A stretch of 63,604 bases of DNA, filler included. It is 6 parts of 6 records of this genome, joined end to end, with 100 filler letters (N's around TTAATTAATTAA, not from the genome) between each part and the next. Parts side by side here need not be neighbours in the genome. Positions count along the whole stretch, not along the records: positions 18,333 to 25,377 come from SRR31156797_10390; positions 25,478 to 32,871 come from SRR31156797_10392; 4 more parts are not named here. One strand, given 5' to 3'. Below the pieces are notes generated by a model. It ran no database searches. It was given only the letters and a program-made list of their open reading frames with translations, and had not been told where the DNA came from. Below are positions 20,093 through 28,636 of this stretch, in pieces. The position numbers and the translations under genes were made by a program. Position 1 is the first letter of the stretch. Every line of letters begins with the position of its first letter.

Positions 20093-20248
20093 TTACTCTC
20101 CCCTCCGGTGACTAGTTCTCCTACAGCTATCAGAAGAGTTCTCAGTATTTTTATTTATATTATTGTTTTGATTTTCTGAATCTTCTTTTTGCAATGTAGA
20201 AAATAATATATTTCTATTTAAAAAATATGCAATTAAATTCATGCTCAT
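20093..20248 (-). CDS. Micro-ORF, 51 aa (MSMNLIAYFLNRNILF...)
   Basis: Own translation; AGGTG SD; stop lies 4 nt before the next ATG. Confidence 0.5.
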   Translation of the reverse strand: MSMNLIAYFLNRNILFSTLQKEDSENQNNNINKNTENSSDSCRRTSHRRGE

Positions 20249-20281
20249 AGTTTCACCTACTTTCATTATTAAAGAAATATT

Positions 20282-20716
20282 TTATTGATCAAATATTTCT
20301 TTAATAGCTAATCTTATTTCATTAACTAACTCACTGATATTTTTTTTATGAGCTGTGATAAAGACATGTGCACATTGAGAGATCATCAAATTAACGCCTT
20401 TCTCCTCTAATTCTCTAAAATCACTACGAATTGCAATAACAGGAACCCCTTTAGCAAAAGCATATCCCAACTCAAAACTTGTTCCTGAATCTACATCAGG
20501 TCCATCCGCAATTGCAATTACAACATCTGCTTTCTCAAGTTGTTGCAAGCATATCAAAAAAACATTCTCATAAAAATTATCATCTCTTATAATATTTGAT
20601 GTAAACTCCTGAGGAAGAAGAAGTTTTGTTTTACTATTTTTTAAATTCCTTGCTAAATCAGCATTAAAGCTTCTCTCTGCAAGAGAAAACATTGAAGCTG
20701 CAATATAAATTTCCAT
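20282..20716 (-). CDS. Nucleoside 2-deoxyribosyltransferase family protein
   Basis: IYIAASMF, LPQE, DSGTSFELGYA, NLMI. Confidence 0.88.
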   Translation of the reverse strand: MEIYIAASMFSLAERSFNADLARNLKNSKTKLLLPQEFTSNIIRDDNFYENVFLICLQQLEKADVVIAIADGPDVDSGTSFELGYAFAKGVPVIAIRSDFRELEEKGVNLMISQCAHVFITAHKKNISELVNEIRLAIKEIFDQ

Positions 20717-20851
20717 TTACTTCTTCCTCCACAATTTGTTTAATCTTTTCTCTTTTTTTGATTTTAAAGCAGTTTTTTTAACATACTTCTCCTTTGAGTC
20801 AGAAGTTATTAAATACCCTGTTATAAAATAAGCCAATAATCCCATACCCAT
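20717..20851 (-). CDS. Micro-ORF, 44 aa (MGMGLLAYFITGYLI...)
   Basis: Own translation; GAGGAG SD; TAA directly abuts the next ATG. Confidence 0.55.
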   Translation of the reverse strand: MGMGLLAYFITGYLITSDSKEKYVKKTALKSKKEKRLNKLWRKK

Positions 20852-20911
20852 TTTCTGCTCCTCTCTTTTATCATAATATTGAAACTAACTGTTTTTTAAT
20901 GAAGCTCTTTC

Positions 20912-21448
20912 TTAAAAGATCCAGCCAATCTTTAATGATATTTCCGGTATAACTTTCTGTATCTCATACTCTGTCTCTCCAACTATTATTTCATTTTCTG
21001 AGCTTAAATCAACATGAACAGCTCCCCACGGATTAATCGTTAAATTCTCTGTCAACTTAAACACATAACCTGCACCTACTGTAAATATTTTTTGATGAAG
21101 TGATACATCCTGTTCACCATCTTCTTCGCTTATTTTACTAGACCAACTCTCTACCCCTACTCCAGTCCAAAACCCTGTATACTCCTCAGGATTATCAAAA
21201 TAATAATCTACTATAAAAGCGTATACTTCCATTTCAACTTTCTCTATTCCATCCTGCAAAATAAAATCCGGCATATTGCTTTCAGCTCTTATCACCCTAA
21301 ATTTATTTCCATTCTCAGCAATCCCTAATCCAATATAATTTCCCCCAGTTGCAAATGGAAACAGATCTAACTCTAATCCTACGTTGGCAATTGCATAAGT
21401 ATTAAAAGAAAATATAAATGTGAAAATTAAATAAAACATTTGTTTCAT
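20912..21448 (-). CDS. Small outer-membrane beta-barrel protein
   Basis: Signal peptide, amphipathic strands, C-terminal beta-signal ISLKIGWIF. Confidence 0.7.
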   Translation of the reverse strand: MKQMFYLIFTFIFSFNTYAIANVGLELDLFPFATGGNYIGLGIAENGNKFRVIRAESNMPDFILQDGIEKVEMEVYAFIVDYYFDNPEEYTGFWTGVGVESWSSKISEEDGEQDVSLHQKIFTVGAGYVFKLTENLTINPWGAVHVDLSSENEIIVGETEYEIQKVIPEISLKIGWIF

Positions 21449-21608
21449 TGTTAGCCCCTCCCTTCTTAATTATGATTCTATTTTTTAGTATTTCAACTCT
21501 ATTTTATAGTTTGATTATACCACTAAAAGTTATTTTGTCAAGTCGTGATGCTAAATTTATACAAAAAAATAAAAAGGATCATAAGCAATGCTTATAATCC
21601 CGTTAAAT

Positions 21609-22769
21609 TTAATTTATTTTTTTTACTTTTAATAGTTGAAAAATATCGTTACCACAATTTGGACATTTATCTTTTTTCAAATCTTCTATAAATTTATATT
21701 TTTTACCTTCTCCTAATTGAAAAACCGTTTTACAAGTTTTACACTTATACTCTTTAATTTTAGTTACTACAGTTCCGGTATAGATCTTTTCATAAAATTT
21801 TTGATTTAACTTATCACGTAATGAAGTTAAAATAATCATATCACTTCTGTTACCAATCACACTTGCACCATTATACTTATTAAAGTCACAATATATATTC
21901 TCTATTATAAAGTCTAAACTCTGAAACACTCCTTGTGCAGAAAATTTAAACTCATCATCTTTTTCTCCAAAAGATAAAAAAAGTTTTCCTGTAGCTTCAT
22001 TTTTTAGAGCAGATTTCCCTCTATAAAGGAACAACTTCAAACCGTTTAGAGTATACGGTGGATCAGTAAAAACTGTATCAAAATAATTTGTTAAATTATT
22101 CGGTAGTGGATTTATCAGATCATGTTTAATAAACTCAAACTCAATTCCTTTGTATTTTTTGTTAAGCTCTTCAAGAATATGTAGTAGTCTATCATCTACA
22201 TCTACTACTGTAATTTTAGTATTAGAATTAATATTTTCTCCATAGATTTTCTTTAATAACAAAGCTAATGAAACACTGACAAGATCATCATCTCCTATAC
22301 ACAGGATATTCTTCCCAAGTACAGAGTTATACTTCATTGCAAGTACTGCTCTTTTCAAGCTTGTCTCAGGTGTACACTCCGTTTGATCTATTGATAAATC
22401 AGAAGGAGGCCTTTTAAGAAAAAGTTCATTCAGTTCTGAAATTTCTTCAGAGAAAAGCTCAGAAAAAACATAATTTCCATCATTGATTTTGATTATTAAA
22501 TCTTTATCGATATCTTTAAGGCCCAGTATTTTCTCAACAAATTCAATTCCTTTTTCAGTCAAATTTATTCCATTTTTCTGAATTAGAATTTTTAATTTTA
22601 TGAATTCCTTTTTAATTGCAACAATTATAGGAATTGGTAGATTTAATAAAGCTGATAAATTTTTATTTGATAATTTTTGATAAATATAAATATATTGCAA
22701 ATAAGTACTCAATATATTTTTGTCCTCTTTTAAGTTTATATTATTATATACTTCTTCTATGTAATTCAA
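21609..22769 (-). CDS. bpsA: Branched-chain polyamine synthase (bis-aminopropyl-spermidine synthase) family
   Basis: IGDDDLVS, VVDVDDR, FTDPPYT, FNKY motifs; C-terminal CxxC...CPNCG ribbon; TTG start. Confidence 0.78.
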   Translation of the reverse strand: MNYIEEVYNNINLKEDKNILSTYLQYIYIYQKLSNKNLSALLNLPIPIIVAIKKEFIKLKILIQKNGINLTEKGIEFVEKILGLKDIDKDLIIKINDGNYVFSELFSEEISELNELFLKRPPSDLSIDQTECTPETSLKRAVLAMKYNSVLGKNILCIGDDDLVSVSLALLLKKIYGENINSNTKITVVDVDDRLLHILEELNKKYKGIEFEFIKHDLINPLPNNLTNYFDTVFTDPPYTLNGLKLFLYRGKSALKNEATGKLFLSFGEKDDEFKFSAQGVFQSLDFIIENIYCDFNKYNGASVIGNRSDMIILTSLRDKLNQKFYEKIYTGTVVTKIKEYKCKTCKTVFQLGEGKKYKFIEDLKKDKCPNCGNDIFQLLKVKKIN

Positions 22770-22779
22770 TGTCTTGTTT

Positions 22780-22848
22780 ACCTCCAGATTAATATTTTAC
22801 GGAGGTTACTTAATCGAGATTTATTCTATTATTGATTAATCAACCCCC
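22780..22848 (-). promoter_or_regulatory. Translational attenuator (anti-anti-SD / anti-SD / SD)
   Basis: GGGGGTTGATTAATC (22848-22834) pairs with GATTAAGTAACCTCC (22815-22801); ACCTCC alternatively pairs with the bpsA SD GGAGGT (22785-22780). Confidence 0.65.
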
Positions 22849-22879
22849 AGGTTTTTAATAATCTATTAGTTACAAACAT
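22829..22879 (-). CDS. Putative leader peptide MFVTNRLLKTWGLINQ (16 aa)
   Basis: AAAGGGG SD 8 nt upstream, ATG, tandem TAA TAG stops; overlaps the attenuator helix. Confidence 0.6.
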   Translation of the reverse strand: MFVTNRLLKTWGLINQ

Positions 22880-22970
22880 CAACTCATCCCCTTTCATTCT
22901 TGTATTAGTATATTCATCATATCACAATTTGTCGATTCTTTAAATACTCTATTTTTTTATTATTACAAAA

Positions 22971-23003
22971 CAGCCTCTAATCTTATTCCGAGATTAGAGG
23001 CTG
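22971..23003 (-). terminator. Intrinsic terminator of the XRE gene
   Basis: 13-bp stem CAGCCTCTAATCT/AGATTAGAGGCTG with T-runs. Confidence 0.75.
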
Positions 23004-23026
23004 ACAATATTTTTTATATTCTATGT

Positions 23027-23722
23027 TTACACTCGATTTATTACTACTACTACTTTTCCATAAGCTTTAAGCTTTGTTTCATCTGTTATCAGTATCATTT
23101 CATCCAAATGAAATTTAGAGTATAGTATAATTCCATTCTCCTTTTTTTGATATCTTCTAACTAAAACTTCACCATTGTAATCAAAAATTCCAATTTCATC
23201 ATTTTCTATTTCACTTGTCTTCTCAACAATTACTATTGCCTTATCAGACATCATTGGTTTTATGGGACTTTCCTCAATGTAAACACCCACATAATCAGCT
23301 TCTTTTTCCAAGAAAAGAGTCGTATAGTTTAATGGTTCTGCATTTTTTACCAATCCCAGTGCTTTTTCAAAACCATCAAAAACAGGAATTTTAATCGCTC
23401 CTGTATAAGAGATTATCTTTAACTGTTCCACTATTCTTTCATCAGTTTTTTCTTTAACAAATGCAGATATTGCTTTTTCCGTTATGAAACCAGCCAAAAT
23501 ATATAGATTAATTGAATTTGTCCCTAGACTTCCAGCTAGTGCTGCCAGCTGAAATGGATTCAATCTCTTTTTTTGCCCGCCTTCTAATCTATGGATGTCA
23601 GCTCTGTTTATCCCGCTTAATTCTTCAATATCAGTAATTGTCATCCCTTTTGTTTTTCTTTTTTCTTTTAAGTAATTTCCCAATTTCATTGCATTTTCTT
23701 CTGATATCACAAAACTTTTCAT
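23027..23722 (-). CDS. XRE-HTH regulator with a degenerate S24/LexA-like domain
   Basis: LKEKRKTKGMT..DIEELSGI....IHRLEGG HTH; S24-like C-terminus; ATG 23722 has an AGAGGTG SD. Confidence 0.8.
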   Translation of the reverse strand: MKSFVISEENAMKLGNYLKEKRKTKGMTITDIEELSGINRADIHRLEGGQKKRLNPFQLAALAGSLGTNSINLYILAGFITEKAISAFVKEKTDERIVEQLKIISYTGAIKIPVFDGFEKALGLVKNAEPLNYTTLFLEKEADYVGVYIEESPIKPMMSDKAIVIVEKTSEIENDEIGIFDYNGEVLVRRYQKKENGIILYSKFHLDEMILITDETKLKAYGKVVVVINRV

Positions 23723-23768
23723 AAAGCAATTACACCTCTTCCTGTCTCTAAACCCCTTGTTTATTAAG

Positions 23769-23797
23769 ATTCTACCACTAGAATTACTATTTGTCAA
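23769..23797 (-). promoter_or_regulatory. Sigma-70 promoter of the XRE gene
   Basis: TTGACA-17 nt-TAGAAT with extended -10 TG. Confidence 0.7.
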
Positions 23798-23851
23798 AAG
23801 TTATTTATTTTTGTTTTGATAAATCGAAAACAAATAACTTATTACTTTTTC

Positions 23852-23882
23852 TCACATTAACTTCACATTACTTATGTATACT
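23852..23882 (+). promoter_or_regulatory. OmpR/PhoB-type direct repeat and -10 box
   Basis: TCACATTA at 23852 and 23863 (11-bp period) followed by TATACT at 23877. Confidence 0.5.
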
Positions 23883-23923
23883 CTAAATAAGAGTAATTTA
23901 AGAATATCAAAATCAAAGAAGGG

Positions 23924-25270
23924 GTGAATACTATGAAATACAATTTAAGAAAAATAGGAATGCTTTCCTTACTATGTCTCTTAATTGGAACAATTAGCTT
24001 TGCTAAAACCAGAAGAGAGAAAAAAGAGGAAAAAAACGAAAAAAAATACTCACTTGAACAAGCTATGAGTGATAATGCTCAGCTGAAAACAATTGCATTT
24101 AGCGGAGTTGCATTTATGACGGGAACTATAGGAGCTGATTCATTCATGCCTCCTGGAAAAGTTGCAGATTTCTTTGGATTTCAATATATGAGAGATATAG
24201 ATGAAAATGGACACGGTCACAATACTATGTTTCTGACAAATGTTGCAAATAACGTACTACATATTCTTAATGAAGATCAACTTAATGATATGATCGAATT
24301 AGCGAAAGAACAAGATAAGTTGTATGTGGAATTTGCTTATGGAAGATTTCCATTAATAAAAGCCTTCAGAGATAACTTGGAGGGAAATACTCCAAATGGA
24401 GCAACAGGTTTAGACCTGGAAGCTGTCAAAGCATATACAGCGAAATTATACGAGTTTGATGCGCAGCTATCATATAATAGAGCAAAGATACTAGGAGGAG
24501 TAATTGATTCATTTACTTCCGAACAGAAATCCTATTTAGCTGAAATGGATTTCAACAATTCAGCTACATGGCCTGAAATAGATGAAAATGAAGAGTTAAA
24601 AAGACAACTGTCTCATGTACAACATGTTGCCTTAATGACTTATGCTAGTGAATTATTCAGCTGGTATAAAGGCTCTGTTTATGCAGATGTATATTTTTGT
24701 CCGGAAAGACACGGGACGTATTTTGGGGGATTTTACATGAAGGATTATCCTGCTATGGGAAATCCTGATTATTTTATAAGCACTTCTCTTACAGGTGATA
24801 GTGGAGAGGCTTTCTTAAATATGCTAAACAACTCACAAAAAAAACAGATAACACAAATTATTGATTTTCAAACAGAGAGTTTATCTAAAATTGCAGATAT
24901 CAGAAAAGAGATCTCTGAAAAATTACGTGGATTTATGAAAGCTAAAAATGTATCGGAAGATGAGATATTTGAATTAGTAAAAGAATATGGTAGTTTAGAT
25001 GGTGAAATGTCATACTACTATGCTGATGGCTTTGCTAAAGTTTATAAAACATTAACTAATCAGCAAAAGAGCAAATTAACTGAAATTAGAAATCAAAGTA
25101 TTCTTCCTGATAGTAATAGAGCCTATCTATACGCTAATGTCATTGCACTTCCAACAGAAATCAACTCAGATTATCTATTTGGAATAGGAGATATCACAGA
25201 TGTAAGTGTTACTCCTTCTACAGAGATAATTCGAGAGGAAAAGGGAAAAAAACCTCCCAGAAGAAAATAA
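23924..25270 (+). CDS. Exported hypothetical protein with LTxxQ-like motifs
   Basis: Signal peptide; LNEDQ, FTSEQ, LNNSQ, LTNQQ in helical segments. Confidence 0.75.
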   Translation: MNTMKYNLRKIGMLSLLCLLIGTISFAKTRREKKEEKNEKKYSLEQAMSDNAQLKTIAFSGVAFMTGTIGADSFMPPGKVADFFGFQYMRDIDENGHGHNTMFLTNVANNVLHILNEDQLNDMIELAKEQDKLYVEFAYGRFPLIKAFRDNLEGNTPNGATGLDLEAVKAYTAKLYEFDAQLSYNRAKILGGVIDSFTSEQKSYLAEMDFNNSATWPEIDENEELKRQLSHVQHVALMTYASELFSWYKGSVYADVYFCPERHGTYFGGFYMKDYPAMGNPDYFISTSLTGDSGEAFLNMLNNSQKKQITQIIDFQTESLSKIADIRKEISEKLRGFMKAKNVSEDEIFELVKEYGSLDGEMSYYYADGFAKVYKTLTNQQKSKLTEIRNQSILPDSNRAYLYANVIALPTEINSDYLFGIGDITDVSVTPSTEIIREEKGKKPPRRK

Positions 25271-25280
25271 TTTTTTTTAC

Positions 25281-25320
25281 AAAAGATGATTCCAATATTT
25301 ATATGGAGTCATCTTTTTTT
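25281..25320 (+). terminator. Intrinsic terminator
   Basis: AAAAGATGATTCCA...TGGAGTCATCTTTT plus T-tract. Confidence 0.75.
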
Positions 25321-25377
25321 TATTACGGTAAAATATAAACTTGATTTTTTTCTATCTATATAAATTTTAATTAGTTT

Positions 25378-25477
25378 NNNNNNNNNNNNNNNNNNNNNNN
25401 NNNNNNNNNNNNNNNNNNNNNTTAATTAATTAANNNNNNNNNNNNNNNNNNNNNNNNNNNNNNNNNNNNNNNNNNNN
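25378..25477. other. Artificial contig linker
   Basis: N-run + TTAATTAATTAA + N-run. Confidence 0.98.
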
Positions 25478-25529
25478 ATTCAAACTTACCTTTTTCTGCA
25501 AATAAAGTGATAAATTCTTTTTTGTTCAT
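25478..25529 (-). CDS. HU family DNA-binding protein, 5' fragment
   Basis: MNKKEFITLFAEKGKFE with AGGAGG SD; cut by the gap. Confidence 0.7.
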
Positions 25530-25573
25530 TGTATTTCCTCCTGTGGTTTATATGTAATGTTCTGATTCTTTAC

Positions 25574-27544
25574 TTATCCAACAAGTAAAGAATCAAAAAT
25601 TTTGTCTGTATTTTTTTGGATTCTATTTTTTAATTTTGCCTCTTCAATATCTCCTGAGTTATCAAAACCGAATGGCTTCATATCAAACTCACTTAAAAAT
25701 TGAGATCTAGAATACGTTTTAGGTTTATCATTATCTATCCTATTAAGAGCATGAGTAAATATTAAATTCTTTCTTGCCCTCGTCATTGCAACGTAAGCAA
25801 GTCTTCTTTCCTCTTCTAGTTCACCTTGGATTAGAGATGATTTAGAAGGGAGAATATCTTGAGACATTGCCGGAATAATTACTGTATCGTACTCTAACCC
25901 TTTGGAACCATGAATGGTAGTAAGGTTTAGTGTATTCTCAGTAGTTTTTATTAAATCATCGATTTTAATGTTAGAAATAGTTTTAAAATCATAGAATACT
26001 TTAAATAAGTAATTCACATTTTTTAATCTGCTTTTATCTAGTCTGTTAAAAACAAACTCGCTATATAAGTGATCTCTAAAAGCCATTATATTATTTAAAT
26101 CTTCATTTGTCACGAAAGATTTAATTTTAATAGCAAATTCCTTAACTAATTTACTTGAACTCTTAAGAGCTTCTTGGAGAAATTCAGTTTTATTTTTTTC
26201 TGCAGAAGCTTTAATTTTTTCAATTGCTTTTTTCCCGATTCCTTTTTTATAACTAAAAATTATCGGGATAACTTCTTTAGAACCTTTATATAGATTAATG
26301 AAATCAAGAAGAATTTTGACTTCTTTTCTTTCAAAAATATTATATTCCTCTTTCCTGTTATAAAAGATCCCTCTTTTTTTTAGTTGTATTGCAATTTCGT
26401 CACTTATAGAATTATTTCTATAGATGACTCCTATTGAACCTAATGTAGATTTATTAGATTCTATAAAATTTGCAATCCATTCAGCCTCATCTATATAGCT
26501 ATTGAATTCTTGATATTCAGTTATATATTCTTTTGGCAAAGGGAAGTAATTTTCAATATCACTTGATTGATTAGAATTACTCTTGATTAATTCAGTAGCA
26601 GCATCAGTGATGATTTTATGACTTCTGTAATTCATATTCATGTTAATTACTTTAGCATTATATTTTTTAGCAAAATCTCTGAAAATATTAATATCAGCCT
26701 TTCTAAATTTATAAATCGACTGATTTTCATCGCCGAAGCAAGCTATATTTGAATGGAATAACTTGTCTATTATCGACATTTGAACGTGGTTCGTATCTTG
26801 AAACTCATCAACGATTATGTACTTTGTAAATCTTTGCATTGCTCTTCTGAATTTCAAGTCGTCTAGTAAATCGTTCATATGATTCATTACATCATTAAAA
26901 TCTAAGTAATTTTTCTCTTTTTTATAGGACTCATATTTTCCCCAACTATAAGAAACTATAGTTTCGAATGTTGCTTCTCCGATCCCTACAATTCCGTGCT
27001 CTTTTGCATAATCCTCTCTTGGGTAGAGTTCAAGTTTCAGATTATTAATAATATCTAAAGCTTTTTTATGCTCACTATAAATTTTAGCTCCAAGTTCTTC
27101 ATCCAGTTTTCCTAATTGCATGTATTTTTTTATTGCATATCTATATTTATCTTTGAAATACTGAATTTGATTTTCTTGATCAATAAGCTTAAAGTCAGCA
27201 TAATCTTTATAACCATAGATCGGGGCATAGCTTTTCAATGCTTTATAGCAGAAAGCATGGAAAGTATGAATGTTAAGTTCATTAGATTTTTCCCCTAGTA
27301 TTTTAAACAATCGATCTTTCATTTCACTAGCTGCCTTTTTAGTAAATGTACTTAAAAATATTTCCTTAGGAGACACCTTCTTTTCTATTAATAGAGCTGC
27401 TGTAGCCATTGTTATCGTGTTAGTTTTTCCTGACCCTGGAACAGCTGCTGTTAAGACTCTGCTGTTCTCTTCAAGGATACTAGAATAACTTTCTTTTTGT
27501 TTTCTATTTAATCTATTAATTTCCTTTTTGAAATTAAATTCCAT
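25574..27544 (-). CDS. UvrD/PcrA/Rep superfamily 1 helicase
   Basis: AVPGSGKT, TFHAF, VDEFQD, GDENQSIYKFR, NYRS, TIHGSKGLE, EERRLAYVAMTRA. Confidence 0.93.
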   Translation of the reverse strand: MEFNFKKEINRLNRKQKESYSSILEENSRVLTAAVPGSGKTNTITMATAALLIEKKVSPKEIFLSTFTKKAASEMKDRLFKILGEKSNELNIHTFHAFCYKALKSYAPIYGYKDYADFKLIDQENQIQYFKDKYRYAIKKYMQLGKLDEELGAKIYSEHKKALDIINNLKLELYPREDYAKEHGIVGIGEATFETIVSYSWGKYESYKKEKNYLDFNDVMNHMNDLLDDLKFRRAMQRFTKYIIVDEFQDTNHVQMSIIDKLFHSNIACFGDENQSIYKFRKADINIFRDFAKKYNAKVINMNMNYRSHKIITDAATELIKSNSNQSSDIENYFPLPKEYITEYQEFNSYIDEAEWIANFIESNKSTLGSIGVIYRNNSISDEIAIQLKKRGIFYNRKEEYNIFERKEVKILLDFINLYKGSKEVIPIIFSYKKGIGKKAIEKIKASAEKNKTEFLQEALKSSSKLVKEFAIKIKSFVTNEDLNNIMAFRDHLYSEFVFNRLDKSRLKNVNYLFKVFYDFKTISNIKIDDLIKTTENTLNLTTIHGSKGLEYDTVIIPAMSQDILPSKSSLIQGELEEERRLAYVAMTRARKNLIFTHALNRIDNDKPKTYSRSQFLSEFDMKPFGFDNSGDIEEAKLKNRIQKNTDKIFDSLLVG

Positions 27545-27581
27545 ATTTCCTCCTAATTACCGACCGCCACGGGTGGCGCTT

Positions 27582-27935
27582 TTAATGTTGTTGAATTCTA
27601 TTTAGTAATATTTTTGATTGTAAAATAACTCTTTCGTCAGCAATTCCCATTCCTAAAAAGTACTCCACTTGCTCCTGTGTACAAGATCCTTCAGGCTTTT
27701 GCCCTGCAAGTACTTCAAAAATAAGCAAAGCAACTTCAACTTGCTTATCAACAACATCAATAGTTGAATCAATTTCATCTACGCTATCTAAATCTAATTC
27801 TTCTAATATTCTATTTAACTCTCCTGCCCCAAGGTTGTATTCTGTTTTATACCTTTCGAGCTTTAATTTTTCAGTTTCAAAGTGTTTTTCTAAACTTTGA
27901 ATTCTTTTTATGTCATTTGAGTTTTGATTATCCAT
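27582..27935 (-). CDS. Hypothetical coiled-coil protein
   Basis: 117 aa, helical; TAATG overlap with the SbcC C-half. Confidence 0.7.
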   Translation of the reverse strand: MDNQNSNDIKRIQSLEKHFETEKLKLERYKTEYNLGAGELNRILEELDLDSVDEIDSTIDVVDKQVEVALLIFEVLAGQKPEGSCTQEQVEYFLGMGIADERVILQSKILLNRIQQH

Positions 27936-28636
27936 TATGCTATTTCCTCCTGATCAAATCCTTCATATCCTTCATAATTTTTATCATCTTTAACCGGCGT
28001 AACATCCGTATCTTCTATTAAACCAAGTTCTTTTTCTAAATCAATCACATGTTCAATAAACCTTGAGATCGAAGGATCATGTGATATGACTACAACAATA
28101 AAATCATTTTTTTGACAATATTTTGATAAAAACCTATAGAACTTTTCTCTATATCTTTGGGATACGTCATATAATGACTCATCACAAAAGAGAATTTTCC
28201 TAAAGTCTCTGGTTTCTATGAAAAACATTTGTAAGAAGATTGCTATAACAATTCTTATTCCTCCTCCGACTTTATTCAAGGCTTTTGTAAGCCCTTTTAG
28301 ATTATCAACTAAGTAAAATTCACATTTCTTACCATGAATTTCAATTTTAAATTCGTATAGTTGATCATCGAATATATACGCTAATGCCTGGTCAATAATT
28401 CTTTCAATAGCATCTACATATTTACGGTTTTTTCTATTGATAATTTCATTGAAAATTTTATAAGCTTTATTTAAAAGAGTTAATTCAGAATTCATTTGAT
28501 GAAGATTAATGTTTAACTCATCAATATCTATCAACAATCTTTTTTTATCTTCTTGCAATAGATTGTATTCATCTATTTTTGCATCCATTAATTTATGTAA
28601 ATGTTTTTTTTCTTCTTCATTATACACAATTATCAC
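27935..28636 (-). CDS. Rad50/SbcC-like ATPase, C-terminal half
   Basis: Coiled coil, signature-like VGGG, Walker B ILFCDE, H-loop VISHD; no Walker A. Confidence 0.78.
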   Translation of the reverse strand: MIIVYNEEEKKHLHKLMDAKIDEYNLLQEDKKRLLIDIDELNINLHQMNSELTLLNKAYKIFNEIINRKNRKYVDAIERIIDQALAYIFDDQLYEFKIEIHGKKCEFYLVDNLKGLTKALNKVGGGIRIVIAIFLQMFFIETRDFRKILFCDESLYDVSQRYREKFYRFLSKYCQKNDFIVVVISHDPSISRFIEHVIDLEKELGLIEDTDVTPVKDDKNYEGYEGFDQEEIA

